From positions 2,563 to 58,067 of the forward strand of contig DGOV01000079.1 of NCBI GenBank assembly GCA_002390205.1: a stretch of 55,505 nucleotides of DNA, read 5' to 3'. The notes beneath the pieces are model-generated. The model was given only the letters and a program-made list of their open reading frames with translations. It made no database searches and was not told the origin of the DNA. This document shows positions 1 through 10,425 of this stretch, in pieces. The translations under genes were made by a program, and so were the position numbers. How positions within the stretch are numbered: the first letter of the stretch is position 1; each line of letters begins with the position of its first letter. This DNA comes from Proteobacteria bacterium UBA4457 (lineage in GTDB: Bacteria; Pseudomonadota; Gammaproteobacteria; Ga0077536).

Positions 1-288
1 GTGCATTATGTGGACAAGCACGTCCCCTGCATCAACCAAAACCCATTGGCAGGTATTCTCACCTTCCGTGCCGAGGATACTATATCCCGCGGCCTTGGCA
101 TCCAGACAAACGCGCTCACTTAATGCTTTTACCTGCCTAGTCGAGTGTCCAGATGCTATCAACATAAAATCTGCGATGCTAGATAGTCCCCGCACGTCAA
201 ACGATTTCACATCCAAGGCCTTTCCATCTAGCAAGCCTTGTGACATCAAATCTTTCAAGCTATCTGCAGTTTTCTCAGTATTTTTCAT
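1..288 (-). CDS. rsfS: Ribosome silencing factor RsfS (Iojap), 3' end runs off the window
   Basis: Not in ORF track. Hand translation from ATG at 288 gives MKNTEKTADSLKDLM...DGKALDVKSFDVRGLSSIADFMLIASGHSTRQV...EGENTCQWVLVDAGDVLVHIMH, with the Iojap W-x-L-x-D-x-G-D-V-x-V-H motif. ATGA overlap with nadD stop. Confidence 0.93.
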   Translation of the reverse strand, partial: MKNTEKTADSLKDLMSQGLLDGKALDVKSFDVRGLSSIADFMLIASGHSTRQVKALSERVCLDAKAAGYSILGTEGENTCQWVLVDAGDVLVHIMH

Positions 289-923
289 CCTCGATATAAA
301 CCCTTGTTGTTAATAATCTCCAACACTGCATCCGGTACTAACCCATAGATAGGCTGCTTCTGAAATAATTTCTCTCGGACATTGCTGGAAGATATCTCTA
401 CCAACGGGGCGTCTACAAAAAAAACCTTACCTGAAAGATTACTGTGCAGGTGGTCACTCTCATCGACAACGACATCCTTAATAATTAATTCTAACTCATC
501 AGGAATTTTTTCTTCGACTTCAGCCCGAGCCACTACCACTAGATGGCAGAAATCAAGCAGCTTTCGATACTCTTTCCAAGAAGCCAGCTGAACAAAAGCA
601 TCTTTGCCCAGAACCAAGCAAAGCGGCCTACCAGGAAAAGTAGATCTCAATTGCTTTAAGGTATCTATAGTATAGCTGACTCCACCTCGCTCGATCTCAA
701 CTAAATCTAACACGAAAGGCGGTGCCATCACGGCCCGCAACATAGCACATTTATCAGCAGTGCCTGTTACCGAAGATTGCTTATGGGCCGGGACGTTTAA
801 AGGTATAAATCGAACTTCTGACAAACCAACCGCGTTATAGGCTTCATTAGCAAGGTGAAGATGCCCGCAATGTACGGGGTCAAAACTACCTCCTAACACC
901 CCTATTGGGGGACCGTTTATCAC
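285..923 (-). CDS. nadD: Nicotinate-nucleotide adenylyltransferase
   Basis: GGSFDPVHCGH (HxGH), SYTIDTL, ISSS..R motifs; synteny proA-nadD-rsfS. Confidence 0.95.
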   Translation of the reverse strand: MINGPPIGVLGGSFDPVHCGHLHLANEAYNAVGLSEVRFIPLNVPAHKQSSVTGTADKCAMLRAVMAPPFVLDLVEIERGGVSYTIDTLKQLRSTFPGRPLCLVLGKDAFVQLASWKEYRKLLDFCHLVVVARAEVEEKIPDELELIIKDVVVDESDHLHSNLSGKVFFVDAPLVEISSSNVREKLFQKQPIYGLVPDAVLEIINNKGLYRG

Positions 924-958
924 GAAGCCCCTACTGAATAAATCAAAAACATGAACCC

Positions 959-2233
959 TTACTCTCGAATCTGGCCGTTACCGATGACTACCCATTTTTC
1001 TGACGTCAAGCCTTCTAAGCCGACCGGACCTCTGGCATGAAATTTACTAGTGCTAATTCCCATCTCAGCCCCTAAACCGTACTCGAAACCGTCCGCAAAA
1101 CGAGTTGAAGCATTTACTATTACCGAACTTGAGTCTACTTCGTTCAGAAACTTCCTGGCCAAAGATATACTTTCCGTAACAATAGCTTCGGAATGCCCAG
1201 AGCCATACTTCGCAATGTGTGCCATCGCTTCATCTATGTTATCTACTATCTTGACAGACAAAATTGGCGCTAAATATTCCGTATACCAGTCCTCTTCAGT
1301 CGCTTTAATCACTGCTTTCGAAAATTCTCTAGTACGCGAACAGCCTCGTAATTCCACTTCTCTTAATATAAATTCTTCTAAAAGTTTGGGGAAAATTCTA
1401 GAAGCCGCGGCAGGAGTTGCCAACAATGTCTCCATAGTGTTACAAGTCCCGTACCGTTGCGTCTTAGCATTTATCGCAATCGCAATTGCTTTGTCTATTT
1501 CTGCAGAGTCGTCTAAGTAAACGTGGCAGACGCCATCCAAGTGCTGAATGGAAGGCATCGTCGCTTCCGTAGCCACTCTCTGACACAAACCTTTACCTCC
1601 TCGAGGCACAATCACATCAATGTATTGATTGAGTTTCAACATTGCACCAACAGCTCGACGATCAGTTGTATCAAGAGACATGATCCCAGATGCAGGAAGT
1701 CCCGATGCCGAGAGTCCTGCCTGAACACAACGCGCTATAACTTGGTTAGAAAATTGAGCCTCTGACCCTCCCTTCAATAATGCTACATTGCCGGACTTTA
1801 TAGCCAATGCCGAAACGTCTGCAGTCACCGCAGGACGGGCCTCATAAATAACACCTATCATACCTAAAGGCACTCGCATGCGGCCAACTTCTATGCCGGA
1901 CGGACGTCTCTCCAAACGAGATATCGCACCAACTGGATCAGCTAATTCCACAACAGATAAAATTCCATTCATCATTTGGGATACTCTTTTTTCCGTCAGC
2001 TCTAACCGCTCTAACAAGGCAGGCTCAATGGTGTCCGCATTTGCCAAATCGGTTCTATTCGCATCTAAAATTTCATTTTTCCGATCGCCTATGGCTGCAG
2101 CCATTAAGCGAAGGGCGTTGTTTTTCATTGCTGTCGTAGCTTGAGAAAACTCTCGCTTCACTTCAAAAGCAGATTTAGCAGCACTTAAAACATAACCTTC
2201 TACATCTGGACTAATTACTTTTTTATATTCCAT
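959..2233 (-). CDS. proA: Gamma-glutamyl phosphate reductase
   Basis: RVPLGMIGVIYEARP, catalytic CNTMETLL, VNASTRFADGFEYGLGAEMGIST. ORF track starts at 2263; ATG 2233, just after the holA stop, is the likelier start. Confidence 0.96.
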   Translation of the reverse strand: MEYKKVISPDVEGYVLSAAKSAFEVKREFSQATTAMKNNALRLMAAAIGDRKNEILDANRTDLANADTIEPALLERLELTEKRVSQMMNGILSVVELADPVGAISRLERRPSGIEVGRMRVPLGMIGVIYEARPAVTADVSALAIKSGNVALLKGGSEAQFSNQVIARCVQAGLSASGLPASGIMSLDTTDRRAVGAMLKLNQYIDVIVPRGGKGLCQRVATEATMPSIQHLDGVCHVYLDDSAEIDKAIAIAINAKTQRYGTCNTMETLLATPAAASRIFPKLLEEFILREVELRGCSRTREFSKAVIKATEEDWYTEYLAPILSVKIVDNIDEAMAHIAKYGSGHSEAIVTESISLARKFLNEVDSSSVIVNASTRFADGFEYGLGAEMGISTSKFHARGPVGLEGLTSEKWVVIGNGQIRE

Positions 2234-2237
2234 ACAC

Positions 2238-3284
2238 TCAAGCCTTAAACAATTCTGTCGCATAATGATTCATATCAATGATATCGCAAATTTCCATTGA
2301 GAATATTTCAATTTCGTCCCAAACACTCCCAGCACGCGCACCTTTTACTATCGTATCCAAATAATGTAACCGAATAAGAAGAGCACGCAACTCCTCAAGA
2401 GACTTGCGGCTTAAAATTTTCTCAGTGGCTACCTTCCGATTTCCCCAAATCCGAAATTGATCGATCACTTGCGAAACAGAAGCGCCCTCAACTATTTTTT
2501 CACTCATCAAAACTAATTGGCGCAGCTCTCTACTTAGAGCCCACACAATTAAAACAGGCTCCGAACCAATTCCTTTTAATCCTCTTAAGACACGTATCGC
2601 TCTCGGGAAATCACCTTTTAAAAGAGCATCAATTAATTGGTAACTATCAAAACGAGCATTGTCTGACAAAGCTTGCAAAGCATCAGCAAGTGTTACTATC
2701 TCGGATTCAACTATTAGAGAAATTTTCTCTAATGCTTGAGCTGCTCCAAGTAAGTTGCCTTCCGAATAGTCGGCAACCAACTCGCAAACCGATAAATCGA
2801 TCTTCTTGCCGAATAACTGTTGTGCACGGCGACCAATCCAGCCTACGGCCTCCCGACTCTGAAGTTCTCGACATTCGACTGATAGTGCAGCATTCTCAAG
2901 GAGGCTAAACCATTTGGCTTTCTTCAAGGAGGACGCCACAGGAACCGTAAAGACAAAATAATCATCCTGACTCGACGAGTTTATTATTTTTTCAAGTATC
3001 GATAAACCGCTCTTGTCTATGCTTTTGCCATCTAAAAAAACTTCGATAAGTCGTGTAGACGCAAACAGGGATTGTGCATTTAGCTCAGCCCCTAAGCTTG
3101 TCCAAGCATCTTTACCTTTCATATCAAAAGAAAGACGATCGTCAACGGCGAGGGACGAAAGTCGTTCTCGAACCTTATCCCGACACTCTGACAACTGCAG
3201 GGGCTCTGTCCCGTAGAAAAAAAACAGGCTGCAGGCTTCAACTTTTGCTAACTGATCGCTAAACCTATCAATCGAAACTTTCAC
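2238..3284 (-). CDS. holA: DNA polymerase III delta subunit
   Basis: YGTEPLQL, SLFASTRLIE, EGNLLGAAQALEK; position after leuS-lptE. Confidence 0.92.
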   Translation of the reverse strand: MKVSIDRFSDQLAKVEACSLFFFYGTEPLQLSECRDKVRERLSSLAVDDRLSFDMKGKDAWTSLGAELNAQSLFASTRLIEVFLDGKSIDKSGLSILEKIINSSSQDDYFVFTVPVASSLKKAKWFSLLENAALSVECRELQSREAVGWIGRRAQQLFGKKIDLSVCELVADYSEGNLLGAAQALEKISLIVESEIVTLADALQALSDNARFDSYQLIDALLKGDFPRAIRVLRGLKGIGSEPVLIVWALSRELRQLVLMSEKIVEGASVSQVIDQFRIWGNRKVATEKILSRKSLEELRALLIRLHYLDTIVKGARAGSVWDEIEIFSMEICDIIDMNHYATELFKA

Positions 3285-3293
3285 TGACCCGTC

Positions 3294-3806
3294 TTATTTC
3301 TCTCGATAAGCAACAGCCGAAGATGACGCTCTCTCAGCTATCTCAATAGCGACTAATTTGGCTAGTGCCTCTTTCAAAACTGCACTATTTTCATTAGAGC
3401 CGTAAACAGAAGTCTCATCGAATATAAAGTCTCTCTCGGCACTAAAGACTTCTTCGGCTATTAAAAGTGTTCCGTCCTTAGAGCGCATGCTAAATATCAC
3501 ATCCAGCTTAAGATTAATTTCACGAGCTTTCCCTGTCTTAGGCGAAACAGAAAGAAGGCTACGCACGTAATCTTCTTTCTCGATGACTAAGGTGAAGTCT
3601 GCTTCTCCAATAGCGACTAAATCTCCTCCCAAAGAAGTCCAGTGCTCCCGAAAAGCTCGCCCCACAGACCGAGCATTTTTTTCCACGGCATAAATTGTGA
3701 TATCAGCAACAGTGTTGTGTCCTGACCCTCTCAATTGCCAACCGCTGCAGCCAGCCATGGTCAATCCCAAAAAAGACATAAATAATATTGCCCCAAGCCT
3801 TACCAT
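3294..3806 (-). CDS. lptE: LPS assembly lipoprotein LptE
   Basis: Lipobox LTMAG-C followed by GWQLRG; sits between leuS and holA. Confidence 0.88.
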   Translation of the reverse strand: MVRLGAILFMSFLGLTMAGCSGWQLRGSGHNTVADITIYAVEKNARSVGRAFREHWTSLGGDLVAIGEADFTLVIEKEDYVRSLLSVSPKTGKAREINLKLDVIFSMRSKDGTLLIAEEVFSAERDFIFDETSVYGSNENSAVLKEALAKLVAIEIAERASSSAVAYREK

Positions 3807-3808
3807 CT

Positions 3809-6412
3809 CTAGTCACCAACTACTATGTTAATAAGTTTCCCAGGCACCACAATTATTTTCTTAATCGATTGCCCATTAGTAAAGCGCCGAACATTCTCAT
3901 CAGCCAGCCCCGCCTCTTCACACTCTTTTTTTGTTGCTGCAACAGGCACTTGCACTAATGCTCTCTTTCGTCCATTGACTTGTACTACTAGCTCTAATAT
4001 CTCGAGCTCCAAAGCCGATTTATCCTCAACGGGCCATGACACGTCTATCAAATCACCACTTTGACCAAGCCCATTCCACAGTATTTGTGAAACGTGAGGA
4101 ACAAACGGCGCTAGGAGTCTAACAACTACCTCAAACCCCTCCTGACGAAGAGCATGAGCCTCAGACTCATGCGAGTCAAACCGAGCCAAGTGATTGACCA
4201 ACTCCATTATAGCTGCAATCGCGGTATTGAACTTATATCGTCTCGCAATATCATCTGTTACTTTAACAATAGCCTGATGAATATGTCGCCTTAATTCTAA
4301 TAACTCGTCGGAAGTGATAGCTATCGGCTTAGCTATAGAAAATGAGTTCTCGGCTTTGTGGTCTAAAATCAGCCTCCATAGTGATTTCAAAAATCGTGAA
4401 GAGCCCTCTACGGCAGAATCGGACCACTCCAATGTGTGTTCAGGAGGAGCTGCAAACATAGTATATAATCTGACTGTATCAGCCCCATAGGTATCTATAA
4501 GCGCTTGTGGGTCAACTCCATTATTTTTCGATTTTGACATTTTCTCAACTGGGCCAATATTCACAGCTAATTGATCCTCTCTGAGCAGTGCGCTGACAGG
4601 TCGTCCCTTAGCATCAAGTTCCACTTCTACCTGCTCAGGACTGAAGTATTTTTTCCTTCCGTTTTCTCCATCCCTAAAATACGTCTCTTTGCATACCATA
4701 CCTTGTGTAAGCAATCGTTTAAAAGGCTCACTGGATGTAACTAAACCAGCATCACGCATCGCTTTGTGAAAAAAACGGGCATAAAGAAGATGTAAAACTG
4801 CGTGCTCAATTCCACCAATATAAATATCTACCGGCATCCAATAATTCGCTCGGTCGTCAAGCATCTTCGTAGATTGATCAGGACAACAGAAACGTGAGAA
4901 ATACCACGAGGATTCAAAAAAAGTATCAAAAGTGTCTGTCTCGCGCCGAGCTGTCCGGCCATCAGGCAAAGTGACATTGCGAAAATCAGATGACTTTGAA
5001 AGAGGCGATGGCGACCCATCTAAATTAATGTCTTTCGGTAACAAAACAGGTAAAACGTCATCCGAAACTGCTATTTCTTTCCCTTCTTCATCATACATAA
5101 TTGGAATAGGGCAGCCCCAATAGCGTTGCCGCGACACTAGCCAATCCCGCAATCGGTACTGCACCTGGCGATGCCCTAGTTTCTTGAGTTCTAGATGTGC
5201 ACAGATTGATTCATAGGCTTTATCAAACGCGAGACCTGAGTATTCCTCACTATTTACAGTAACGCCATACCCCGAAACTGCACCTAGACCATTTTCTAGA
5301 ACAGAGTCGTCTTCTGTTTGGATCACTTGACGTATTGGTAATCCGTACTTCTTAGCAAATTCCCAGTCTCTTTGATCGTGCGCAGGCACCGCCATGACAG
5401 CGCCAGTTCCGTATGTCATTAGCACGAAATTAGCGACCCATATTGGGATCCGCTCTCCCGTCATGGGATGAATAGCATACAGGTCTAACGGCATGCCTTT
5501 TTTTTCCATTTTTTCCACAACCGCTTCCGAAGTTACCTGACTTTTACATACTTCTAGAAATGTCACTAAGTCAGAATTATTTTTAGCTGCTTGGACTGCT
5601 ATAGGGTGCTCTGGCGCAACAGCCATATAGCTAACTCCAAAAATCGTATCCGGCCTGGTAGTAAAGACTTCAAGCTCTCCCAGTTCATTTTCAATTGAAA
5701 ACTTCAAGGCCAAACCTTCTGACTTACCAATCCAATTTCTCTGCATGGTTTTCACAGCAGCAGGCCATTCATCCATCGTATCGAGCTCGCTAAGCAACTC
5801 CTCAGCATAGTCTGTAATTTTCAAAAACCACTGGGGGATTTCCTTCCGCTCAACCAACGCACCGGATCTCCAGCCACGCCCATCAATGACCTGTTCATTT
5901 GCCAGCACAGTCTGATCAACCGGATCCCAATTGACGGCGGCCGTTTTTCTATAGACTAGCCCTTGCTCGTAAAGCTTAATGAAAAACCATTGCTCCCAAC
6001 GATAATAATCAGGATCACAGGTTGCGAGCTCGCGTGACCAGTCATAGCCAAAACCCAATCTCTTTAGTTGATCACGCATGTAGGCTATGTTTTCTTTGGT
6101 CCATGCGGCGGGATGGGTCCCATTTTCAATAGCGGCATTCTCCGCAGGCAAGCCGAATGCGTCCCAACCCATTGGTTGCATAACATTTTTCCCGCTCATC
6201 CGTTGATAACGGGAAATCACGTCACCAATTGTATAATTACGCACATGCCCCATATGCAAGCGACCACTAGGATAGGGGAACATAGAAAGGCAATAAAATT
6301 TTTGACGAGAGGAATCTTCCTGTACCTTGAAAACCTCTCTGTCATGCCAATCTTTCTGGACCGCCAGCTCTATTTTCTGCGGGTCATAGCGATCTTTCAG
6401 GAAATCCTGCAT
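3809..6412 (-). CDS. leuS: Leucine--tRNA ligase
   Basis: MFPYPSGRLHMGH (HIGH) and KMSKS motifs, editing domain FTTRPDT. ORF track extends to 6538; ATG 6412 with upstream GGAG is the likelier start. Confidence 0.98.
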   Translation of the reverse strand: MQDFLKDRYDPQKIELAVQKDWHDREVFKVQEDSSRQKFYCLSMFPYPSGRLHMGHVRNYTIGDVISRYQRMSGKNVMQPMGWDAFGLPAENAAIENGTHPAAWTKENIAYMRDQLKRLGFGYDWSRELATCDPDYYRWEQWFFIKLYEQGLVYRKTAAVNWDPVDQTVLANEQVIDGRGWRSGALVERKEIPQWFLKITDYAEELLSELDTMDEWPAAVKTMQRNWIGKSEGLALKFSIENELGELEVFTTRPDTIFGVSYMAVAPEHPIAVQAAKNNSDLVTFLEVCKSQVTSEAVVEKMEKKGMPLDLYAIHPMTGERIPIWVANFVLMTYGTGAVMAVPAHDQRDWEFAKKYGLPIRQVIQTEDDSVLENGLGAVSGYGVTVNSEEYSGLAFDKAYESICAHLELKKLGHRQVQYRLRDWLVSRQRYWGCPIPIMYDEEGKEIAVSDDVLPVLLPKDINLDGSPSPLSKSSDFRNVTLPDGRTARRETDTFDTFFESSWYFSRFCCPDQSTKMLDDRANYWMPVDIYIGGIEHAVLHLLYARFFHKAMRDAGLVTSSEPFKRLLTQGMVCKETYFRDGENGRKKYFSPEQVEVELDAKGRPVSALLREDQLAVNIGPVEKMSKSKNNGVDPQALIDTYGADTVRLYTMFAAPPEHTLEWSDSAVEGSSRFLKSLWRLILDHKAENSFSIAKPIAITSDELLELRRHIHQAIVKVTDDIARRYKFNTAIAAIMELVNHLARFDSHESEAHALRQEGFEVVVRLLAPFVPHVSQILWNGLGQSGDLIDVSWPVEDKSALELEILELVVQVNGRKRALVQVPVAATKKECEEAGLADENVRRFTNGQSIKKIIVVPGKLINIVVGD

Positions 6413-6639
6413 TTCAAACATCTCTCCAGCAACCCGAAAATTTGCTTTCCCGGCCGCTCTGTATAATATAGTTAATCTCAAAAAGAAGTCTTGGCTGTTA
6501 CGATCAAGAGCATACAGGATCGCCGCACGTTCAGGCAAAACAAACTGCTTTCATATTTTAAGTATTGGCCCAATTCGTAAAAGGTTTACTTAAAAGTCGC
6601 GGACTTCCTAGAGTTAAATCCTTTCTTGGACGTCTAGTA

Positions 6640-6677
6640 GAAAATGTAACAAACCTGTGAAAATGTAACAAACCTGT
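6640..6677 (+). repeat. Exact 19-bp tandem direct repeat (GAAAATGTAACAAACCTGT x2) in the phoB promoter
   Basis: Copies at 6640-6658 and 6659-6677 read directly from the sequence. Confidence 0.95.
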
Positions 6678-6697
6678 AATGATTTCGTTACTATAAT
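6663..6697 (+). promoter_or_regulatory. Pho box plus -10 element of phoBR
   Basis: ATGTAAC-AAAC-CTGTAAT (6663-6680) matches CTGTCAT-N4-CTGTCAT with 11-bp period. TATAAT at 6692-6697 lies 11 bp downstream, directly upstream of phoB. Confidence 0.85.
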
Positions 6698-6732
6698 AGC
6701 GATTATTAATGACAACCTCATGTAATTAATTT

Positions 6733-7428
6733 ATGACAGCAAAAATACTAATAGTAGAAGATGAAGCCGCGATTCGACAAATGTTGTCTATGGTGCTCAC
6801 TAGAGAAGGCTATAGCAGCTTAGAGGCTCCTAACGTGGGCGCAGCATTTGAAGTGCTAGAAAATCTTACCCCAGACTTAATTCTTCTAGACTGGATGATG
6901 CCTGGCCTAAGCGGCTTAGAGTTCACCCGTAGATTGAAGAAAATTCCAAACACCAGACAAATACCAATTATTCTTTTAACTGCAAAAAGCGAAGAAGCGA
7001 ACAAAGTTACTGCACTTGATGCGGGCGCAGATGACTACATAACCAAGCCATTCTCTTCGCCTGAGCTAATTGCTAGAATACGAGCTCTTCTTCGGCGCTC
7101 GGACTCAGATTCTGGGGCATCGGATACCTTAAAAACAGCAACGCTTCGTTTAGAATTGAAATCTCGCAGGGGCTTTTGTGGTGATGAGCAATTAACACTT
7201 AGCCCTCTCGAATTCAAATTACTACATTTCTTTATGGGTCACCCTGGTCGAGTATATTCGCGAAATCAGTTGCTCGATCAAGTCTGGGGAACCAATACTT
7301 TCATCGAAGATCGTACCGTAGACGTTCACATACGAAGGCTTCGAAAAATTCTTGAGCCGTATAAGTCAGACAACCTGATTCAAACCGTCAGGGGTTCTGG
7401 ATACTTGTTTAGCGAAACATTGGGCTGA
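6733..7428 (+). CDS. phoB: Phosphate regulon response regulator PhoB
   Basis: Receiver domain LLDWMMPG, GADDYITKPFS, winged helix RTVDVHIRRLRK, QTVRGSGY. Confidence 0.96.
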   Translation: MTAKILIVEDEAAIRQMLSMVLTREGYSSLEAPNVGAAFEVLENLTPDLILLDWMMPGLSGLEFTRRLKKIPNTRQIPIILLTAKSEEANKVTALDAGADDYITKPFSSPELIARIRALLRRSDSDSGASDTLKTATLRLELKSRRGFCGDEQLTLSPLEFKLLHFFMGHPGRVYSRNQLLDQVWGTNTFIEDRTVDVHIRRLRKILEPYKSDNLIQTVRGSGYLFSETLG

Positions 7429-7485
7429 CGGGGAGCTAAAAACAAGCGATACTCTCTAGCTGCTCCATCATATACGGATAATTAA

Positions 7486-8787
7486 ATGAAACTAGGAGAC
7501 TTCTGGCGCTTAATAAGTTTCCTGCTCATTGGACTGATATGCGGGCTGTTATTAGACTTCTTAACGACCAGCTTAATATTAGCGCTCCTCCTCTATATCG
7601 CGAGAATCCACTTTGATCTGCACCTTCTCTCTAAATGGATCGGTGGGCGAAGTGGCTCGGAACTATCTGGTAGATCTGGGATCTTTGAAGACTTATCCTA
7701 CTCTCTAAACCAGCTTTTTCTTAGCCATCAAAGACGTCGGAAAAAGCTCTCCGGAGTCTTAAGGCAATTTGAAGCAGCGACCAGCGCATGGCCGGATGCA
7801 ATAGTGATACTAAACTTTTCAGACGAAGTTGAGTGGGCTAACCCTGCAGCGAAAAAATACCTAGATGTTCGTTGGCCTGAAGATAAAAAACAACGGATAA
7901 CAAACTTAGTCAGACTCCCGTTAGTCAGAGCTTTCATCGAAGAAAACCAGACAGATGAAGAAACACTAGATATAGCGAGCCCCACCAAATCAAATGCCTA
8001 TTTATCGCTTCTGCTAGGCCCTTTTGACGATACTCATCGAGTATTACTAGCGAGAGATACCACACTTATTCGCCAAGCGAACCAAGCGCGTAGCGATTTC
8101 GTGGCAAATGTATCTCATGAACTCAAAACGCCACTGACTGTGCTTAAAGGATATGCCGAAATGCTAGCCGAACAACATGACAAAGCCCCAACGGAATGGC
8201 TCCCTGCTTTGGAACATATGAAAGTTCATGCCAACCAGATGTCAGAACTAGTCAACTCACTTTTAGAGCTCTCTCGACTCGATGCAGGTCGGCCTTTGTC
8301 CCAAATCGAGAAAGTGGACGGTGAAAAAATCATCACTGCTGCCTGCTCATCAGGGCAGGCGCTAGTAGCAAACAAAAACCTAAGCCTTCAAATCCAAATT
8401 GACCAAAACACAACAATTTTAGGAAGTAAACAAGAGCTATATAGCGCTTTTTCGAACCTTATATTTAATGCCATCCACTATACCCCTGATGGCGGTACAG
8501 TTGTCATTCGCTGGGGCAAGAAAGCCAAGTGCATCTCATTTGAAGTGGAAGATAATGGAATTGGGATCTCTCCAGAGCACCTAAATAGAGTCACCGAGCG
8601 ATTTTATAGGATCGATGGGTCACGTTCTCGACTCTCGGATGGCGCGGGAAACGGGCTAGGACTCGCCATAGTGAAACATATTGTCAGACGGCATGACGCG
8701 TCCTTACGGATCGTCAGCAAAGTGGGGGTTGGTAGCTGCTTCAGTATTGACTTCCCATTGGAAGAAGCCCTTCAAGAAAGAGAGTGA
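7486..8787 (+). CDS. phoR: Phosphate regulon sensor kinase PhoR
   Basis: N-terminal TM, PAS-like region, H-box FVANVSHELKTPL, NLIFNAIHYT, DNGIGI, GNGLGLAIVKH. Confidence 0.96.
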   Translation: MKLGDFWRLISFLLIGLICGLLLDFLTTSLILALLLYIARIHFDLHLLSKWIGGRSGSELSGRSGIFEDLSYSLNQLFLSHQRRRKKLSGVLRQFEAATSAWPDAIVILNFSDEVEWANPAAKKYLDVRWPEDKKQRITNLVRLPLVRAFIEENQTDEETLDIASPTKSNAYLSLLLGPFDDTHRVLLARDTTLIRQANQARSDFVANVSHELKTPLTVLKGYAEMLAEQHDKAPTEWLPALEHMKVHANQMSELVNSLLELSRLDAGRPLSQIEKVDGEKIITAACSSGQALVANKNLSLQIQIDQNTTILGSKQELYSAFSNLIFNAIHYTPDGGTVVIRWGKKAKCISFEVEDNGIGISPEHLNRVTERFYRIDGSRSRLSDGAGNGLGLAIVKHIVRRHDASLRIVSKVGVGSCFSIDFPLEEALQERE

Positions 8788-8796
8788 TTGAATCGA

Positions 8797-9516
8797 CTAG
8801 TTTCCTTGCTCTAACTCTTTTTGAATCTGTTCCAAAGATACATGACGCACGTTCCTACCTTCCACTAAATAAATTACATTCTCAGCAACATTTTTCGCGT
8901 GATCCCCGACGCGCTCGAGTGCCCTAACCGCAAGAATCACATCTAGAACCGGAGAAATTTTTCTCGGATCTTCCATCATGTAAGTCATTAATTCACGCAA
9001 GATGGCGCCAGTTTCTATATCGATCTCTCTGTCGGCCATAGCAACTTGCAATGCCGCACCAGAATCCATACGAGAAAAAGTATCTAAAGAGTTCCTGACC
9101 ATTAGAGCGACATGTTTTCCTAGAGTAGAAGCCGAATGGTAGTATGAATTGCCGGATAAGACTGTTGGTTCGTGGGTAATCAGTCGAGCAATTTTTTCAA
9201 TCTCATCGCCCATCCGCTCTAAATCAGTGATTGTCTTACTCACAGCTAAGACTAGCCTCAAATCCATAGCAGCAGGCTGTCTCCTTACCAAGACATCGCT
9301 GCAATCTTGGTCAATCTCAACTTCGAGGGCATTAATCAGGTGATCGCTGACAGCTACATACTCTGCGCCTTCTAATTCACCTTTGGAAAAGAAAGACAGC
9401 ACTTTCTCCAAGTGCTGCTCGACCAGTCCTCCCATGGACAGGACTTTCGAGCGTATATCTTGGAGCTCATTGTCAAATTGTTGAGATATATGATTAGGCA
9501 GCCTACTAGTACTCAT
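8797..9516 (-). CDS. phoU: Phosphate signalling protein PhoU
   Basis: HISQQFDNEL, RQPAAMDLR, DLERMGD, LERVGDHAKN repeats. Confidence 0.96.
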   Translation of the reverse strand: MSTSRLPNHISQQFDNELQDIRSKVLSMGGLVEQHLEKVLSFFSKGELEGAEYVAVSDHLINALEVEIDQDCSDVLVRRQPAAMDLRLVLAVSKTITDLERMGDEIEKIARLITHEPTVLSGNSYYHSASTLGKHVALMVRNSLDTFSRMDSGAALQVAMADREIDIETGAILRELMTYMMEDPRKISPVLDVILAVRALERVGDHAKNVAENVIYLVEGRNVRHVSLEQIQKELEQGN

Positions 9517-9577
9517 ATTATCGCTCCAAGATCGATTGAAATGACTATACCCAAAACAAAGCGGTCATGCGAATAAT

Positions 9578-10417
9578 TCATCCGTACCGGCCTGTGATGT
9601 AATCTTCGGTTTTTTTCTCCGCTGGCCTCGTAAAAATAGTTGTTGTGTCTCCAAACTCAATAAGGTCGCCAAGATACATGAAAGCAGTGTAATCAGAAAC
9701 TCTAGCGGCTTGTTGCATATTGTGAGTGACGATTACAATCGTGTAATCGTTCTTTAGCTCATAAATTAATTCTTCGATTTTCAAGGTCGAAATAGGGTCC
9801 AGCGCGGACGCCGGCTCATCTAGTAACAAAACTTCTGGCTCAATCGCTATCGCACGGGCAATTACGAGACGTTGTTGTTGTCCACCCGAGAGCCCCAATG
9901 CCGACTCAGTCAACCTGTCCTTAACCTCTTCCCATAAGGCGGCTGAACGTAATGCTCTCTCCACCGCCTCGTCCAGTATCTTCCTTCCTTTAATACCTTG
10001 AATGCGGAGGCCGTAAGCAACATTATCATAAATCGACTTAGGAAAAGGATTAGGCTTTTGGAAAACCATCCCTACCCTTTGCCTCAGTAACGCGACATTT
10101 ACGTCCTTAGCGTATATATCTTGTTCCTTAAGGTGCACTTTCCCGGTTATTCGCACAGAACTTATCAAATCATTCATTCGATTGAAGCACCTTAAAAGAG
10201 TAGATTTCCCGCATCCAGAAGGGCCTATAAACGCCGTCACCTTCTTCTCCGCAACAGACATTTTAATATTGTTTAATGCCTGTGAACCTCCATAAAACAA
10301 GTCCAAGCCGTCCACATGCAAGCATGTCTGGGGCTTAATCGTAGGGCTTGCGCGATCTACATCTATCTTTATCGAATCTAATGCGCTTGTTGGTTTAGCT
10401 TGATTATTTGTAACCAT
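9578..10417 (-). CDS. pstB: Phosphate ABC transporter ATPase PstB
   Basis: [49 protein letters not shown]. Confidence 0.97.
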   Translation of the reverse strand: MVTNNQAKPTSALDSIKIDVDRASPTIKPQTCLHVDGLDLFYGGSQALNNIKMSVAEKKVTAFIGPSGCGKSTLLRCFNRMNDLISSVRITGKVHLKEQDIYAKDVNVALLRQRVGMVFQKPNPFPKSIYDNVAYGLRIQGIKGRKILDEAVERALRSAALWEEVKDRLTESALGLSGGQQQRLVIARAIAIEPEVLLLDEPASALDPISTLKIEELIYELKNDYTIVIVTHNMQQAARVSDYTAFMYLGDLIEFGDTTTIFTRPAEKKTEDYITGRYG

Positions 10418-10425
10418 ATTAATCC

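Noticed and set aside
8-313. 101-aa plus-strand ORF
   Set aside because: Antisense shadow of rsfS, which has clear motifs on the minus strand.
6413-6538. N-terminal extension of LeuS in the ORF track
   Set aside because: Not LeuS-like; probably the promoter/leader region read through from an upstream TTG.
6640-6677. Tandem repeat as a possible mini-CRISPR or att site
   Set aside because: Only two abutting copies, no spacer, no cas or integrase gene; explained as a Pho box duplication.
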